Positions 21,038 through 29,623 of a DNA stretch of 64,000 bases are shown one piece after another. The notes below the pieces were generated by a model. It made no database searches. It was not told the DNA's origin and saw nothing but the letters and a program-made list of their open reading frames with translations. The stretch comes from Actinomycetota bacterium. Lineage in GTDB: Bacteria > Actinomycetota > Actinomycetes > Mycobacteriales > Mycobacteriaceae. The position numbers and the translations under genes were made by a program. The stretch spans positions 3,702 through 67,701 of the forward strand of contig JAYZBN010000007.1 of assembly GCA_036338755.1 (NCBI GenBank), written 5' to 3'. Every line of letters begins with the position of its first letter. The first letter of the stretch is position 1.

Positions 21038-22047
21038 CCGGTTTCGCCCTCCTGCTGGGCAGCGGTCGACAGCCGGTCGCTGAGCAGTGTCAGGGCACGC
21101 TCGGTCTCGGCCGCAATTGCCGTGTAGCGCCGGTGCAGTGGACCGGTTCCGGCTTTGCCGGCCATGTCGCGGGCTAGCTTGGCCTTTTCCTGCAGGCTGC
21201 GCACCGCGATCCACAGCGCCCCCTCGAGCTCGGCGTCCCGCGCGCCGAGCAGCGCCTCGGCCGTCCACGCATGGCCCACATGGCAGCGAAAGTTGGCCTC
21301 ACTGATGGAGATCAGCGAGCCGTTGCAGTCGGGACAGGTGTAGCCCGATGGGGGCCCCAGTTTTTCGGTGTCGAAGTCGGTCGCGAACCGCGACATCATG
21401 GCGATGCGGTTCTCGAGCTCCATGGCGGCGTCGCGCTCCATGTCAAAATCCCTTATCTCTCGGTGCGACAGCTCTTTGAGGACCGCGCCGATATCGGCCG
21501 CCGGGGACTGCCGATCCACCACGCCGGCCCGCGCGGCGGTGGTGGGCATCGCCGGGAACAACGCGTCCTCGGGCGCCTGCGCGATGGTGGTGCCGCCGCG
21601 CGAACGGATGGCTCCCATTCCCAGCACGCCGTCATCGAGCACGCCGGAAAGCAACACGCCGATTGCGCGGGGCCCGAAGTTCAGGGCCACCGACCGGAAC
21701 AACGCGTTGATCGCAGGCCGGTGCCCGTTCTCGGTTGGCCCCTGCGACAGGAGTACATGATGGTCGGCGACCAGCAGATGGCGATCCGGAACCCCGACAT
21801 AGATGCGCCCCTGTTCCAGGGGTGCCCCGTCCTCGGCGGCGACCGCGGGCAGCGGACCGCTGCGGTCGATGATGCGGGCCAAGATGCTGGGCGCGCCGGG
21901 GGGGATGTGCAGCACCATCAGATAGGCGTAGGGCACGTCCGGCGATAACCCGGCCGCAAGGTTCGACAGCGCTTCGACGCCTCCCGCCGACGCACCGATC
22001 GCTACCACACCTTGCAGGGCGCCGACTTCAGCCGTCTCAACCACCAC
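21034..22047 (-). CDS. CheB-type methylesterase domain protein with a C-terminal Cys/His zinc-ribbon-like extension, no receiver domain
   Basis: IGASAGG (Ser), MVLHIPPG (His), LSGVLDDG (Asp). C-terminal CPDCNGSL...FRCHVGH. GTG start at 22047. Confidence 0.8.
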   Translation of the reverse strand: MVVETAEVGALQGVVAIGASAGGVEALSNLAAGLSPDVPYAYLMVLHIPPGAPSILARIIDRSGPLPAVAAEDGAPLEQGRIYVGVPDRHLLVADHHVLLSQGPTENGHRPAINALFRSVALNFGPRAIGVLLSGVLDDGVLGMGAIRSRGGTTIAQAPEDALFPAMPTTAARAGVVDRQSPAADIGAVLKELSHREIRDFDMERDAAMELENRIAMMSRFATDFDTEKLGPPSGYTCPDCNGSLISISEANFRCHVGHAWTAEALLGARDAELEGALWIAVRSLQEKAKLARDMAGKAGTGPLHRRYTAIAAETERALTLLSDRLSTAAQQEGETG

Positions 22048-22110
22048 TTTCGACTACCCCTATAGATGGTAGGCAACCCTTTCCCTCCTGGATAGGGCTG
22101 CGGTCATCCC

Positions 22111-22136
22111 GTTTGCGCCGGTCAGACGGTGGTACT
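22111..22136 (+). promoter_or_regulatory. SigF-type promoter candidate for katE (GTTT-N16-GGTACT)
   Basis: GTTT at 22111-22114 and tGGTACt at 22130-22136, about 26 nt upstream of the katE ATG and just upstream of its RBS. Confidence 0.4.
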
Positions 22137-22161
22137 CCCCACGGTTGAAAGGAGGCGAGCC

Positions 22162-24264
22162 ATGGCCGCCGATCAAAATCCGAAACAGCGCGATCTGGAC
22201 TCCGCGCGGTTCCGCCGTGACACCGGATACCTGACCACGCAACAGGGCGTTCGCGTCGACCACACCGACGATTCGCTGACGGTCGGTGAGCGAGGACCGA
22301 CACTGCTGGAGGACTTCCACGCCCGCGAGAAGATCACCCACTTCGACCACGAACGCATCCCGGAGCGCGTGGTGCACGCACGTGGAGCCGGCGCCTACGG
22401 TTTTTTCGAGCCATACGAAGACTGGCTGGCCGATCACACCGCGGCGAAATTCTTGACCACTCCTGGCCTTCAGACGCCGGTGTTCGTTCGATTCTCCACG
22501 GTGGCCGGGTCGCGCGGATCGGCCGACACGGTGCGCGACGTACGCGGCTTCGCCACCAAGTTCTATACCGAACAAGGCAATTACGACCTGGTGGGCAACA
22601 ACTTCCCGGTGTTCTTCATCCAGGACGGCATCAAATTCCCCGACTTCGTGCACGCGGTGAAACCAGAGCCGCACAACGAGATTCCGCAGGCGCAGTCCGC
22701 ACACGACACATTGTGGGACTTCGTGTCGCTGCAGCCCGAGACCCTGCACACCATCATGTGGCTGATGTCGGACCGGGCGCTCCCGCGCAGCTACCGCATG
22801 ATGCAGGGCTTCGGCGTGCACACCTTCCGGCTGGTAAACAACAGCGGGGAAGGCACTTTCGTCAAGTTTCACTGGAAGCCCCGGCTCGGGGTGCACTCAC
22901 TGATCTGGGACGAATGCCAAAAGATCGCCGGCAAGGATCCCGATTACAATCGCCGCGATCTGTGGGAGGCCATCGAGTCCGGGCAATACCCGGAGTGGGA
23001 GCTGGGCGTGCAGCTGATCGCCGAGCCCGACGAGTTCGACTTCGATTTCGATCTGCTCGACGCGACCAAACTCATTCCGGAAGAACAGGTTCCGGTTCGC
23101 CCGGTGGGCAAAATGGTGCTGAACCGCAACCCGGACAATTTCTTCGCCGAGACCGAGCAGGTGGCGTTTCACACGGCGAACGTGGTGCCCGGCATCGACT
23201 TCACGAACGATCCGCTGCTGCAGTTCCGCAACTTCTCCTACTTAGACACTCAGCTGATCCGCCTGGGCGGCCCCAACTTCGCTCAACTGCCGATCAACCG
23301 GCCGGTGGCCGAAGTGCGAACCAACCAGCATGACGGCTACGGACAGCACGCGATCCCGCAGGGGCGCTCGAGCTACTTCAAGAACAGCATCGGCGGCGGC
23401 TGCCCGGCGCTGGCCGATGAGAACGTCTTCCGCCACTACACAGAGCGACTCGACGGGGAGACAATGCGCAAGCGCGCCAAGTCGTTTGAGAACCACTACA
23501 GCCAGGCGCGGATGTTCTGGCTGAGCATGTCGGCGGTCGAAGCCGAACACATCGTTGCCGCGTTCGCCTTCGAGCTCGGCAAGGTCGAAGTGCCCGAGAT
23601 CCGTTCGGCCGTGGTGGAACAACTCGCGCGAGTCGACAGTGGGCTGGCCGCGCAGGTGGCGGCGAAGCTGGGTCTTCCCGATCCGCCCGAGGAGCCCGTC
23701 GACAATCGGGTGGCCCCGTCGCCGGCGCTCTCCCAGATCGGTGTCAGCGACACCATCACCTCGCGCAAAATCGCGGTCCTGGCCGCCAACGGTGTCGACG
23801 TGGTGGGGACGCAACGCCTCATCGAGCAGATGGGCGAACGCGGCGCCATGGTCGAGGTGTTGGCACCGGTCGCCGGTGGCACGTTGGAGGGCGGATCCGG
23901 CGGCGAGCTTCCGGTCGACCGATCGTTCACGACGATGGCATCGGTGCTTTATGACGCCGTCGTGGTGGCGTGCGGGCCACAATCGGTGCAGACCCTGTCC
24001 GACGACGGCTACGCGGTGCACTTCGTGACCGAGGCCTTCAAACATCTGAAGCCGATCGGCGCCTACGGGGCGGGCGTCGACCTGCTCCGCACGGCCGGCA
24101 TCACGAATCGACTCGCCGAGGACACCGACGTCGTCAACGATCAAGCCGTCATCACCACCAAAGCCGCTGCCGATGAGTTGCCGGACCGCTTCGTCGAGGA
24201 GCTGGCCGCCGCTCTCGCCCGCCACCGTTGCTGGGAGCGGCGCACCGACCCGATTCCTGCCTAA
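22162..24264 (+). CDS. katE: Large-subunit monofunctional catalase (HPII type)
   Basis: [20 protein letters not shown] heme-catalase signature, about 700 aa including the C-terminal flavodoxin-like domain. ATG follows the RBS GAAAGGAGG. Confidence 0.95.
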   Translation: MAADQNPKQRDLDSARFRRDTGYLTTQQGVRVDHTDDSLTVGERGPTLLEDFHAREKITHFDHERIPERVVHARGAGAYGFFEPYEDWLADHTAAKFLTTPGLQTPVFVRFSTVAGSRGSADTVRDVRGFATKFYTEQGNYDLVGNNFPVFFIQDGIKFPDFVHAVKPEPHNEIPQAQSAHDTLWDFVSLQPETLHTIMWLMSDRALPRSYRMMQGFGVHTFRLVNNSGEGTFVKFHWKPRLGVHSLIWDECQKIAGKDPDYNRRDLWEAIESGQYPEWELGVQLIAEPDEFDFDFDLLDATKLIPEEQVPVRPVGKMVLNRNPDNFFAETEQVAFHTANVVPGIDFTNDPLLQFRNFSYLDTQLIRLGGPNFAQLPINRPVAEVRTNQHDGYGQHAIPQGRSSYFKNSIGGGCPALADENVFRHYTERLDGETMRKRAKSFENHYSQARMFWLSMSAVEAEHIVAAFAFELGKVEVPEIRSAVVEQLARVDSGLAAQVAAKLGLPDPPEEPVDNRVAPSPALSQIGVSDTITSRKIAVLAANGVDVVGTQRLIEQMGERGAMVEVLAPVAGGTLEGGSGGELPVDRSFTTMASVLYDAVVVACGPQSVQTLSDDGYAVHFVTEAFKHLKPIGAYGAGVDLLRTAGITNRLAEDTDVVNDQAVITTKAAADELPDRFVEELAAALARHRCWERRTDPIPA

Positions 24265-24338
24265 GACGTGGTTTTCTCCGCGCCCGGGGCGGGCACTCCG
24301 AGATTCGGGGCGTCTCATGGTGGACAGGAGGATCGCTG

Positions 24339-24596
24339 ATGCCGCGTTCGTCGATCAAGAATGAAAAGCTGTATCAGGATTTGCGTAAAAAGGGCGACTC
24401 CAAGGAGAAGGCCGCGCGCATCTCTAACGCGGCCGCCGCCCAGGGCAAGTCGAAGGTCGCGCGTAAGGGCGGCAAGTCCGGGTCTTATCAGGACTGGACC
24501 GTGGCGGAACTCAAGAAGCGGGCCAAAGAGCTTGGTATGTCCGGCTATTCAAGCCTGACCAAAGACAAGTTGGTCGCCAAACTGCGTAATCACTAG
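24339..24596 (+). CDS. Small basic protein with a C-terminal Rho_N/SAP-like motif
   Basis: 85 aa. RBS GGAGGA precedes the ATG. C-terminus reads WTVAELKKRAKELGMSGYSSLTKDKLVAKL (Rho N-terminal-like helix-extended-helix). Confidence 0.75.
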   Translation: MPRSSIKNEKLYQDLRKKGDSKEKAARISNAAAAQGKSKVARKGGKSGSYQDWTVAELKKRAKELGMSGYSSLTKDKLVAKLRNH

Positions 24597-25168
24597 CTGG
24601 TGAGGCCGAGCCGCTCGGCCAGCACCAAGAACGCGACCGCGTAGTCGTTGTCCTTGGTCATCGTTCGGATCGCCTCCCAGTCCAGCCGTTCGCGTACCGC
24701 GCGCACCGCCGGCAGCAACCTGGCGAAGTCGCAGTGGTGCTCGTGCAGTGCCCGTAGCTGCTGGACGATCACCAAAGTGGGCGGCAACACCGCCATGCCG
24801 ATGGCGAGCACCTCTTGCTGTTCGGCGCGGTCCAGCATGCCCGCGTCGACCGGGACTCCGTTGATCCGGTGCAGGACGTCGACGAGCGTGTCGGCGCTGC
24901 GGGCCTTGAACAGCCAGTCCTCCGGCGGACGCTCGATGACGAATCCCGCGTCGGCCAAGGTTGTCACGGCCGCTTCGACATCGGACTCCGCCACCACCAG
25001 GTCCACGTCGTGACGGGGTTCCGGTGCCCCGTAAACCCATAACGCATAACTGCCGGCCAGGGCGAAACGTGGTCCGTTCGCCTTGAGAGCTGACGCCGCG
25101 CCACGCAGCGCGTCCCGCAACGGCGTGGCGCACGCGGGTGGATCGGGCTGGGCTTCGGTAGCTGCCAT
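24593..25168 (-). CDS. Pol-beta-superfamily nucleotidyltransferase-fold protein
   Basis: GS-x-(D-x-D) signature: LAGSYALWVYGAPEPRHDVDLVV. Start ambiguous (ATG at 25168 or TTG at 25204). Its stop codon overlaps the convergent upstream gene's stop codon. Confidence 0.65.
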   Translation of the reverse strand: MAATEAQPDPPACATPLRDALRGAASALKANGPRFALAGSYALWVYGAPEPRHDVDLVVAESDVEAAVTTLADAGFVIERPPEDWLFKARSADTLVDVLHRINGVPVDAGMLDRAEQQEVLAIGMAVLPPTLVIVQQLRALHEHHCDFARLLPAVRAVRERLDWEAIRTMTKDNDYAVAFLVLAERLGLTS

Positions 25169-25225
25169 GGTGAATAGGTCATACCCGGCCTGTCCCGGGA
25201 GCAACCTGGCGAGGCGGCCAAGGCC

Positions 25226-25250
25226 GTTTAACTTGTGGCGAACTGGGAAA
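25226..25250 (+). promoter_or_regulatory. Weak SigF-type promoter candidate (GTTT-N15-GGGAAA)
   Basis: The -10-like element ends 10 nt before the ATG at 25261, compatible with a leaderless or near-leaderless transcript. Confidence 0.25.
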
Positions 25251-25260
25251 TCTCGGGGTT

Positions 25261-25467
25261 ATGTCAACCGCCGTGCCATGCGCCTATGACGCTGCCGCTG
25301 TAGTGGTCGGTCAGCTGAGGTCCGGCGCGCACACGGTCGGCCACCACACAGATCGTGACACCGACTTGTCGGTGATCACGTCGAAGCGAATCCCGGCTCG
25401 GGACCCGTACGGATTCGCCGATTACCTCACACCATTGGGGAGAACGGCGGCGGGTGATTGCGCGTGA
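25261..25467 (+). CDS. Possible 68-aa small ORF translationally coupled to the downstream gene
   Basis: Its TGA stop codon (25465-25467) overlaps an in-frame GTG (25464) of the ACAD-like gene. GC3 is about 72 percent by my hand count, lower than I expect for solid genes here. No recognisable domain. Confidence 0.25.
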   Translation: MSTAVPCAYDAAAVVVGQLRSGAHTVGHHTDRDTDLSVITSKRIPARDPYGFADYLTPLGRTAAGDCA

Positions 25468-26417
25468 CGGCGGGCCTTGTTGAGCACTGGCTGGAGTCCG
25501 GACGACTTGAGTTGCCCTTTCCCGCATCGGGGCGCACAGCCGAACGCTGGCAGCGTCTGGCGCGCCTGGCCGAAGAGAACATCGTGGCGGCCAGGATCGC
25601 CGAAGCGCACGTCGATGCGGTAGCGATACTTCACGAATTGGGCGGCAAGCCGCCCGAACCGGGCCAATTGTGGGGGGTGTGGACGGCCGAGGCGCCGGAC
25701 GCCGTTCTGACGGCCACCAGCAACGACGGCGCGTTCTCGCTGAACGGGACGAAGGTGTGGTGCGCGGGCGCGGGATTCTGCACGCACGCGCTGGTCACCG
25801 CGCGCCTTGACGACGGAACGCGCGGGCTGTTCGCCGTCGCCGCGATAGACCCCACCGTCAAGGCGTTGCCCAGCACGTGGTGGAACGCCGGGATGGCCGG
25901 CAGCGATACCAGGCCGGTCCAGTTCACCAATGCCCAAGCCGTGGCGGTGGGCGATCCCGACGCCTATCTGGAGCGGCCCGGGTTCTGGCACGGCGCCATC
26001 GGTGTGGCTGCCTGCTGGCTGGGCGGTGCGCGGCGGGTCGCCGACCCGCTATACCGCTGCGCCGCAAGCCAGTCGGCCGACGCGTACTCGCTCGCGCACC
26101 TTGGCGCGGTGGACGCCGCGCTCGCCGCCGGCGATGCGATCCTGTCCGCAGCGGCGACTCAGATCGATGACGACCCCTTCGACAGGGCCGGCACAGCGCA
26201 GCTTCTCGCCCGTCGAGTCCGCACGGTGGTGGAACACGCGGTCGATGAAGCGATTACGCGCACCGGGCGCGCTCTGGGCCCCGGCCCACTGTGCCAGGAC
26301 GGCCGGCACGCGCAACGCGTGGCCGATCTGAGCATCTACATCCGGCAAAGCCATGCGGAGCGGGATTTGGCCGAGCTCGGACGCCTGGCGGGACAGCAGG
26401 GGATGCGGGCGCCATGA
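25458..26417 (+). CDS. Acyl-CoA dehydrogenase-like protein (short form)
   Basis: ACAD middle/C-terminal-like sequence (FSLNGTKVWCAGAGFCTHALV). Start is TTG at 25458 or GTG at 25464. The stop codon overlaps the next ATG. Confidence 0.7.
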   Translation: MRVTAGLVEHWLESGRLELPFPASGRTAERWQRLARLAEENIVAARIAEAHVDAVAILHELGGKPPEPGQLWGVWTAEAPDAVLTATSNDGAFSLNGTKVWCAGAGFCTHALVTARLDDGTRGLFAVAAIDPTVKALPSTWWNAGMAGSDTRPVQFTNAQAVAVGDPDAYLERPGFWHGAIGVAACWLGGARRVADPLYRCAASQSADAYSLAHLGAVDAALAAGDAILSAAATQIDDDPFDRAGTAQLLARRVRTVVEHAVDEAITRTGRALGPGPLCQDGRHAQRVADLSIYIRQSHAERDLAELGRLAGQQGMRAP

Positions 26418-27187
26418 CAACCGCGTCGGCGGGCAACCGCACCCGGTTTGCGGCCGAATCGCTCACCCACGGCGGCACGCCAGCGCCGTTGTGGCTGGCC
26501 GCTTTCGCGGAGAGCCCCCTGCCGACGTTGGATCTCACGGAGTGTTTACGGCTGATCGTCGTGGCTCCTCACCCCGACGACGAAACCCTCGGGCTGGGCG
26601 CCACAATCGCTCAGCTGACCGCGCGCGGGGTTAGCGTTCGAGTGGTCTGCGTCAGCGACGGTGGCGCCGCCCGGCCCGGCACGTCAGCGTCGGAGCGGCT
26701 TCGCAGGCAGACCATCCGTCGTTGCGAATTACGCAGAGCGACAAACCTTTTGAACGCCCCGCCGCCGTTGATGCTGGGTCTGCCCGACGGTGAGCTGGCA
26801 GACCACGAAGACGGTATCACCGAGACGCTGACCGAAATCCTCGACGAGGCCGGACCCGGGACCTGGTGTGCGGCGACGTGGCGCGGGGACGGCCATCCCG
26901 ACCACGAAGCCGTCGGCCTCGCGGCTTCGGCCGCGTGTGCGCGTACCGCGACGACATTGTTGGAATATCCGGTGTGGATGTGGCACTTGGCATTTCCAGC
27001 CGACGAGGCGGTGCCGTGGGACCGGGCCTACTCGGTGCCCGCACCCAGTTGGGCGTCGGAACGCAAACTGCGTGCGGCGCAATGTTATCGAAGCCAATTC
27101 GAGCGCAGTGGCGACGGCGCCGCGCCCAGGTTGCCGGGCTGCGTGCTGCCGCGCTTGCGCGCGGTGGGCGAGGTCGTCTTTCGGTGA
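26414..27187 (+). CDS. PIG-L/LmbE-family deacetylase
   Basis: Signature VVAPHPDDETLG plus downstream HPDH. ATG overlaps the upstream TGA stop codon (ATGA). Confidence 0.85.
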   Translation: MTTASAGNRTRFAAESLTHGGTPAPLWLAAFAESPLPTLDLTECLRLIVVAPHPDDETLGLGATIAQLTARGVSVRVVCVSDGGAARPGTSASERLRRQTIRRCELRRATNLLNAPPPLMLGLPDGELADHEDGITETLTEILDEAGPGTWCAATWRGDGHPDHEAVGLAASAACARTATTLLEYPVWMWHLAFPADEAVPWDRAYSVPAPSWASERKLRAAQCYRSQFERSGDGAAPRLPGCVLPRLRAVGEVVFR

Positions 27188-27305
27188 CCCGCACCGACCG
27201 CCGGGTGTTCCAATCAGGATGCGCCCCCGTCGGTTCGTGTCGTAGCGAGCCCGCGCGTCGGGGACGGCGGCGACTGCACCGGGAAAAAAGTGATAGGGGA
27301 AACCT

Positions 27306-28070
27306 ATGCGTGTGGCGACGTTCAACATCCTGCACGGGCGCACGGTCGGCGACGGCGTGGTGCTCCAGCGGCTGCGTGACTGCGTACAACGCCTCGATCC
27401 GGACGTGCTGAGCTTGCAAGAGGTCGACTGCGACCAACCGCGCTCCGAGCGCGCCGACCTGACCGCAGCGGCGGCCGAAGCCATGGGCGCCGTGGAACAC
27501 CGGTTCGTGGCGGCGATTTCGGGCACGCCGGGGGCGACCTGGATGGCCGCCACGGGCCGCGAGCAACCCGGCACCGCCGCATACGGAATCGCGTTGCTGT
27601 CCCGATACCCAGTCACCAGCTGGCAGGTGCTACGGCTGCCCCGCATACCGATGCGGTTTCCCATGTACCTCCCGGGACCCAACCGGGTCATGGTCGTCAA
27701 CGAGGAGCCGCGCGCGGCGGTCATCGCGCAGATGCGCACGCCCCTGGGCGCGCTCACGGTGGCCAACACTCACCTGTCCTTCGTCCCGGGCTGGAACCGG
27801 CGTCAGCTACGCCGACTGATTCATGACCTGCGCGGCTTTCCCGGACCACGGCTGCTGACCGGGGACTTGAACATGACCCCGAAGGCGGTGGGCCGGTGGT
27901 CGGGCATGCGGACGTTGGCCACCGCCCAAACGTTTCCCGCGGACACGCCCAATCGCCAGCTCGACCACATCTTGACCGACGACCGCCGGCTGCGCGGGGG
28001 CGTCGTGGGATCGGACCTGATGACCATTTCCGACCATCGTCCGCTGGTGGTCGATCTGCAGCGGGCCTGA
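27306..28070 (+). CDS. Endonuclease/exonuclease/phosphatase (EEP) family protein
   Basis: N-terminal VATFNILHG and C-terminal SDHRPLVVDL, the hallmark EEP motifs. Confidence 0.85.
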   Translation: MRVATFNILHGRTVGDGVVLQRLRDCVQRLDPDVLSLQEVDCDQPRSERADLTAAAAEAMGAVEHRFVAAISGTPGATWMAATGREQPGTAAYGIALLSRYPVTSWQVLRLPRIPMRFPMYLPGPNRVMVVNEEPRAAVIAQMRTPLGALTVANTHLSFVPGWNRRQLRRLIHDLRGFPGPRLLTGDLNMTPKAVGRWSGMRTLATAQTFPADTPNRQLDHILTDDRRLRGGVVGSDLMTISDHRPLVVDLQRA

Positions 28071-28130
28071 GATTTCAACCGTCGGCCGAAGGCATCTCGT
28101 CGGCGCAGCCGCCATACCCGACGCGCGAAA

Positions 28131-28161
28131 GGGGCCCGGTCCGTCAATCGGACCGAGCCCC
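28131..28161. terminator. Bidirectional hairpin between the convergent EEP and csbD-like genes
   Basis: ggggcccggtccg-tcaat-cggaccgagcccc (7-bp perfect core plus 5-bp outer stem with one bulge). On the minus strand it is followed by TTTC. Confidence 0.55.
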
Positions 28162-28172
28162 CTGCGGGTGAC

Positions 28173-28409
28173 CTACTGGTTCTTCTTCTGCCGCTCCTCG
28201 GCGGCGTCGGCGCCCGCGCGCGCCGACTCAGCTTCGGCTTCCTTCTTGCCCGCATCGCGTTGAGCGTCGGCTTTGTCCTGCTGGGCCTGGCCCTCTCTGT
28301 GCAAGTCGTCGCGCCCGAGCACGGCCCCGCCGACCTCTTTGACCTTCCCCTTCACGCCTTCCACGGTGCCCTTGACCGCTTCCTCCGGCCCGCTCTTGTC
28401 ATCCCCCAT
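28173..28409 (-). CDS. CsbD-family general stress protein
   Basis: 78 aa. KGTVEGVKGKVKEVGG...GQAQQDKADAQ is typical CsbD. RBS GGGAGG lies upstream of the ATG at 28409. Confidence 0.85.
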   Translation of the reverse strand: MGDDKSGPEEAVKGTVEGVKGKVKEVGGAVLGRDDLHREGQAQQDKADAQRDAGKKEAEAESARAGADAAEERQKKNQ

Positions 28410-28465
28410 GGGTTCAACCTCCCTCTCGGTGATTACTGAGCTTGCGCTCGCATGGCACCTAGGGC

Positions 28466-28490
28466 GTTCCCACCGCACGCCCCATCAAAC
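28466..28490 (-). promoter_or_regulatory. SigF-type promoter candidate for the csbD-like gene (GTTT-N15-GGGAAC)
   Basis: Minus-strand GTTT at 28490-28487 and GGGAAC at 28471-28466, about 57 nt upstream of the ATG. Confidence 0.4.
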
Positions 28491-28535
28491 GCGCGCGGTC
28501 CGCGTGACCCTTCGACGCGACCGCCGAATCCGTCC

Positions 28536-28560
28536 GTTTGAACGAGGCCTGTTTGGGTAG
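28536..28560 (+). promoter_or_regulatory. SigF-type promoter candidate for the NmrA-like gene (GTTT-N15-GGGTAG)
   Basis: GTTT at 28536-28539 and GGGTAG at 28555-28560, 17-20 nt upstream of the GTG/ATG start at 28578/28581. Confidence 0.5.
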
Positions 28561-28577
28561 TAGCCACGCCGAAGGGG

Positions 28578-29396
28578 GTGATGGCGCTGACCACTATCGC
28601 CGTGATCGGCGCGACCGGCACCGCAGGTACCCGCATTGTCGCCCGGCTGAGGTCGCGCGATGTCGCCGTCGTAGAGATATCGCGTGAGCATGGTGTCGAC
28701 CTGTTTGACGGGCCCGGTCTTTCGCGCGCGCTCAAGGACGTTGACGTCGCCATCGACGTGTCCAACCCGGTGCCTCCCGACGGCCGGTCCGACATCGGCC
28801 AGACCCTGGCGGCGGCCTCCCACAACATCGTGGGCGCGTGTGCCGCGCAAGAAGTTCAGCGCCTGGTGGTGTCGACGATCGCCGGAATCGAGGACCCCGT
28901 GTTCGACGGCTTCGCCTATTACGAAGCCAAGCGCAGGGCCAAAGACATCATGCTCGACGGTCCGGTACCGACCACGATCGTCAGGTCGACGCAATGGTTC
29001 GAATTCGCCACCAACGACGACGCGGTGACATGCAACTCCGACGAGGTCATCGTCGAGGACTGGCTGATTCAACCCGTCGCCGCCGATACGGTCGCCGACG
29101 TGATGGTCGAGGCGGCCCTGGGGCAGCTACACGCACCGCGCACCATCACCGGCCCGGACGCCATCCGGCTGCCCGATCTCACATCCAAACTCCTTGCCCA
29201 GCAGGGCGATAGCCGACAGGTGCGAACCGTGCAGCCCGCGGTTGCCGCACTGGGCGCCGGAGCGCTGCTCGCTCCCGGCCAGGCCGTCGTCGTCGGCCCC
29301 GGCGTCGACACGTGGCTGCAGACCCTGGCTCCCCCCGGCACCAACGGCCACCATTGCGCCGACGGCTCGAGTCCGCACTTCGGGACCAGCCAGTAA
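28578..29396 (+). CDS. NmrA-like/atypical SDR NAD(P)H-binding protein
   Basis: N-terminal IAVIGATGTAGTRIV Rossmann motif. 272 aa. Confidence 0.8.
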   Translation: MMALTTIAVIGATGTAGTRIVARLRSRDVAVVEISREHGVDLFDGPGLSRALKDVDVAIDVSNPVPPDGRSDIGQTLAAASHNIVGACAAQEVQRLVVSTIAGIEDPVFDGFAYYEAKRRAKDIMLDGPVPTTIVRSTQWFEFATNDDAVTCNSDEVIVEDWLIQPVAADTVADVMVEAALGQLHAPRTITGPDAIRLPDLTSKLLAQQGDSRQVRTVQPAVAALGAGALLAPGQAVVVGPGVDTWLQTLAPPGTNGHHCADGSSPHFGTSQ

Positions 29397-29399
29397 ATA

Positions 29400-29431
29400 A
29401 CGATCCCGTCACGATCCCGCCGACGATTCCC
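29400..29431 (+). repeat. Three direct repeats ACGATCCCG / ACGATCCCG / ACGATTCCC with 11-12 bp spacing
   Basis: Read directly at 29400-29408, 29411-19 and 29423-31, immediately after the NmrA-like stop codon. Confidence 0.6.
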
Positions 29432-29446
29432 TAAGACCCCGGCCGT

Positions 29447-29458
29447 TTTCTTAAGAAT
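29447..29458. promoter_or_regulatory. AT-rich palindromic motif TTTCTTAAGAAT (core TTCTTAAGAA), copy 2
   Basis: Reverse complement ATTCTTAAGAAA is identical to 15007-15018. About 190 nt upstream of the hemophore-like gene. Confidence 0.3.
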
Positions 29459-29603
29459 TCGTTGCTCCTTTAATCGTTCGCTTAGCAAACGACCGCCGGA
29501 AAGGGGGTAACGACCGCTAGCGTTCGTCGTCGGCGAACATCAGCGAATACTGCCACCGTCCGCTTCCGCTACTTTGGATTCCGAGGATCGGGAGCCTCTC
29601 GCA

Positions 29604-29623
29604 GAAACAATCATTTTCGTTTC
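29604..29623 (+). promoter_or_regulatory. Fur-family (Zur-like) box candidate GAAACAATCATTTTCGTTTC
   Basis: Imperfect palindrome (GAAAC...GTTTC) with core AATCATTTTC, resembling the actinobacterial Zur box TGAAAATCATTTTCA. About 11 of 15 positions match by my alignment. Directly abuts the RBS of the hemophore-like gene. Confidence 0.3.

Noticed and set aside
24271-24296. SigF-type promoter upstream of the Rho_N-like small gene (GTTT-N16-GGGCAC)
   Set aside because: The -10 element matches only 4 of 6 positions and lacks the TA core. It is too weak to report.
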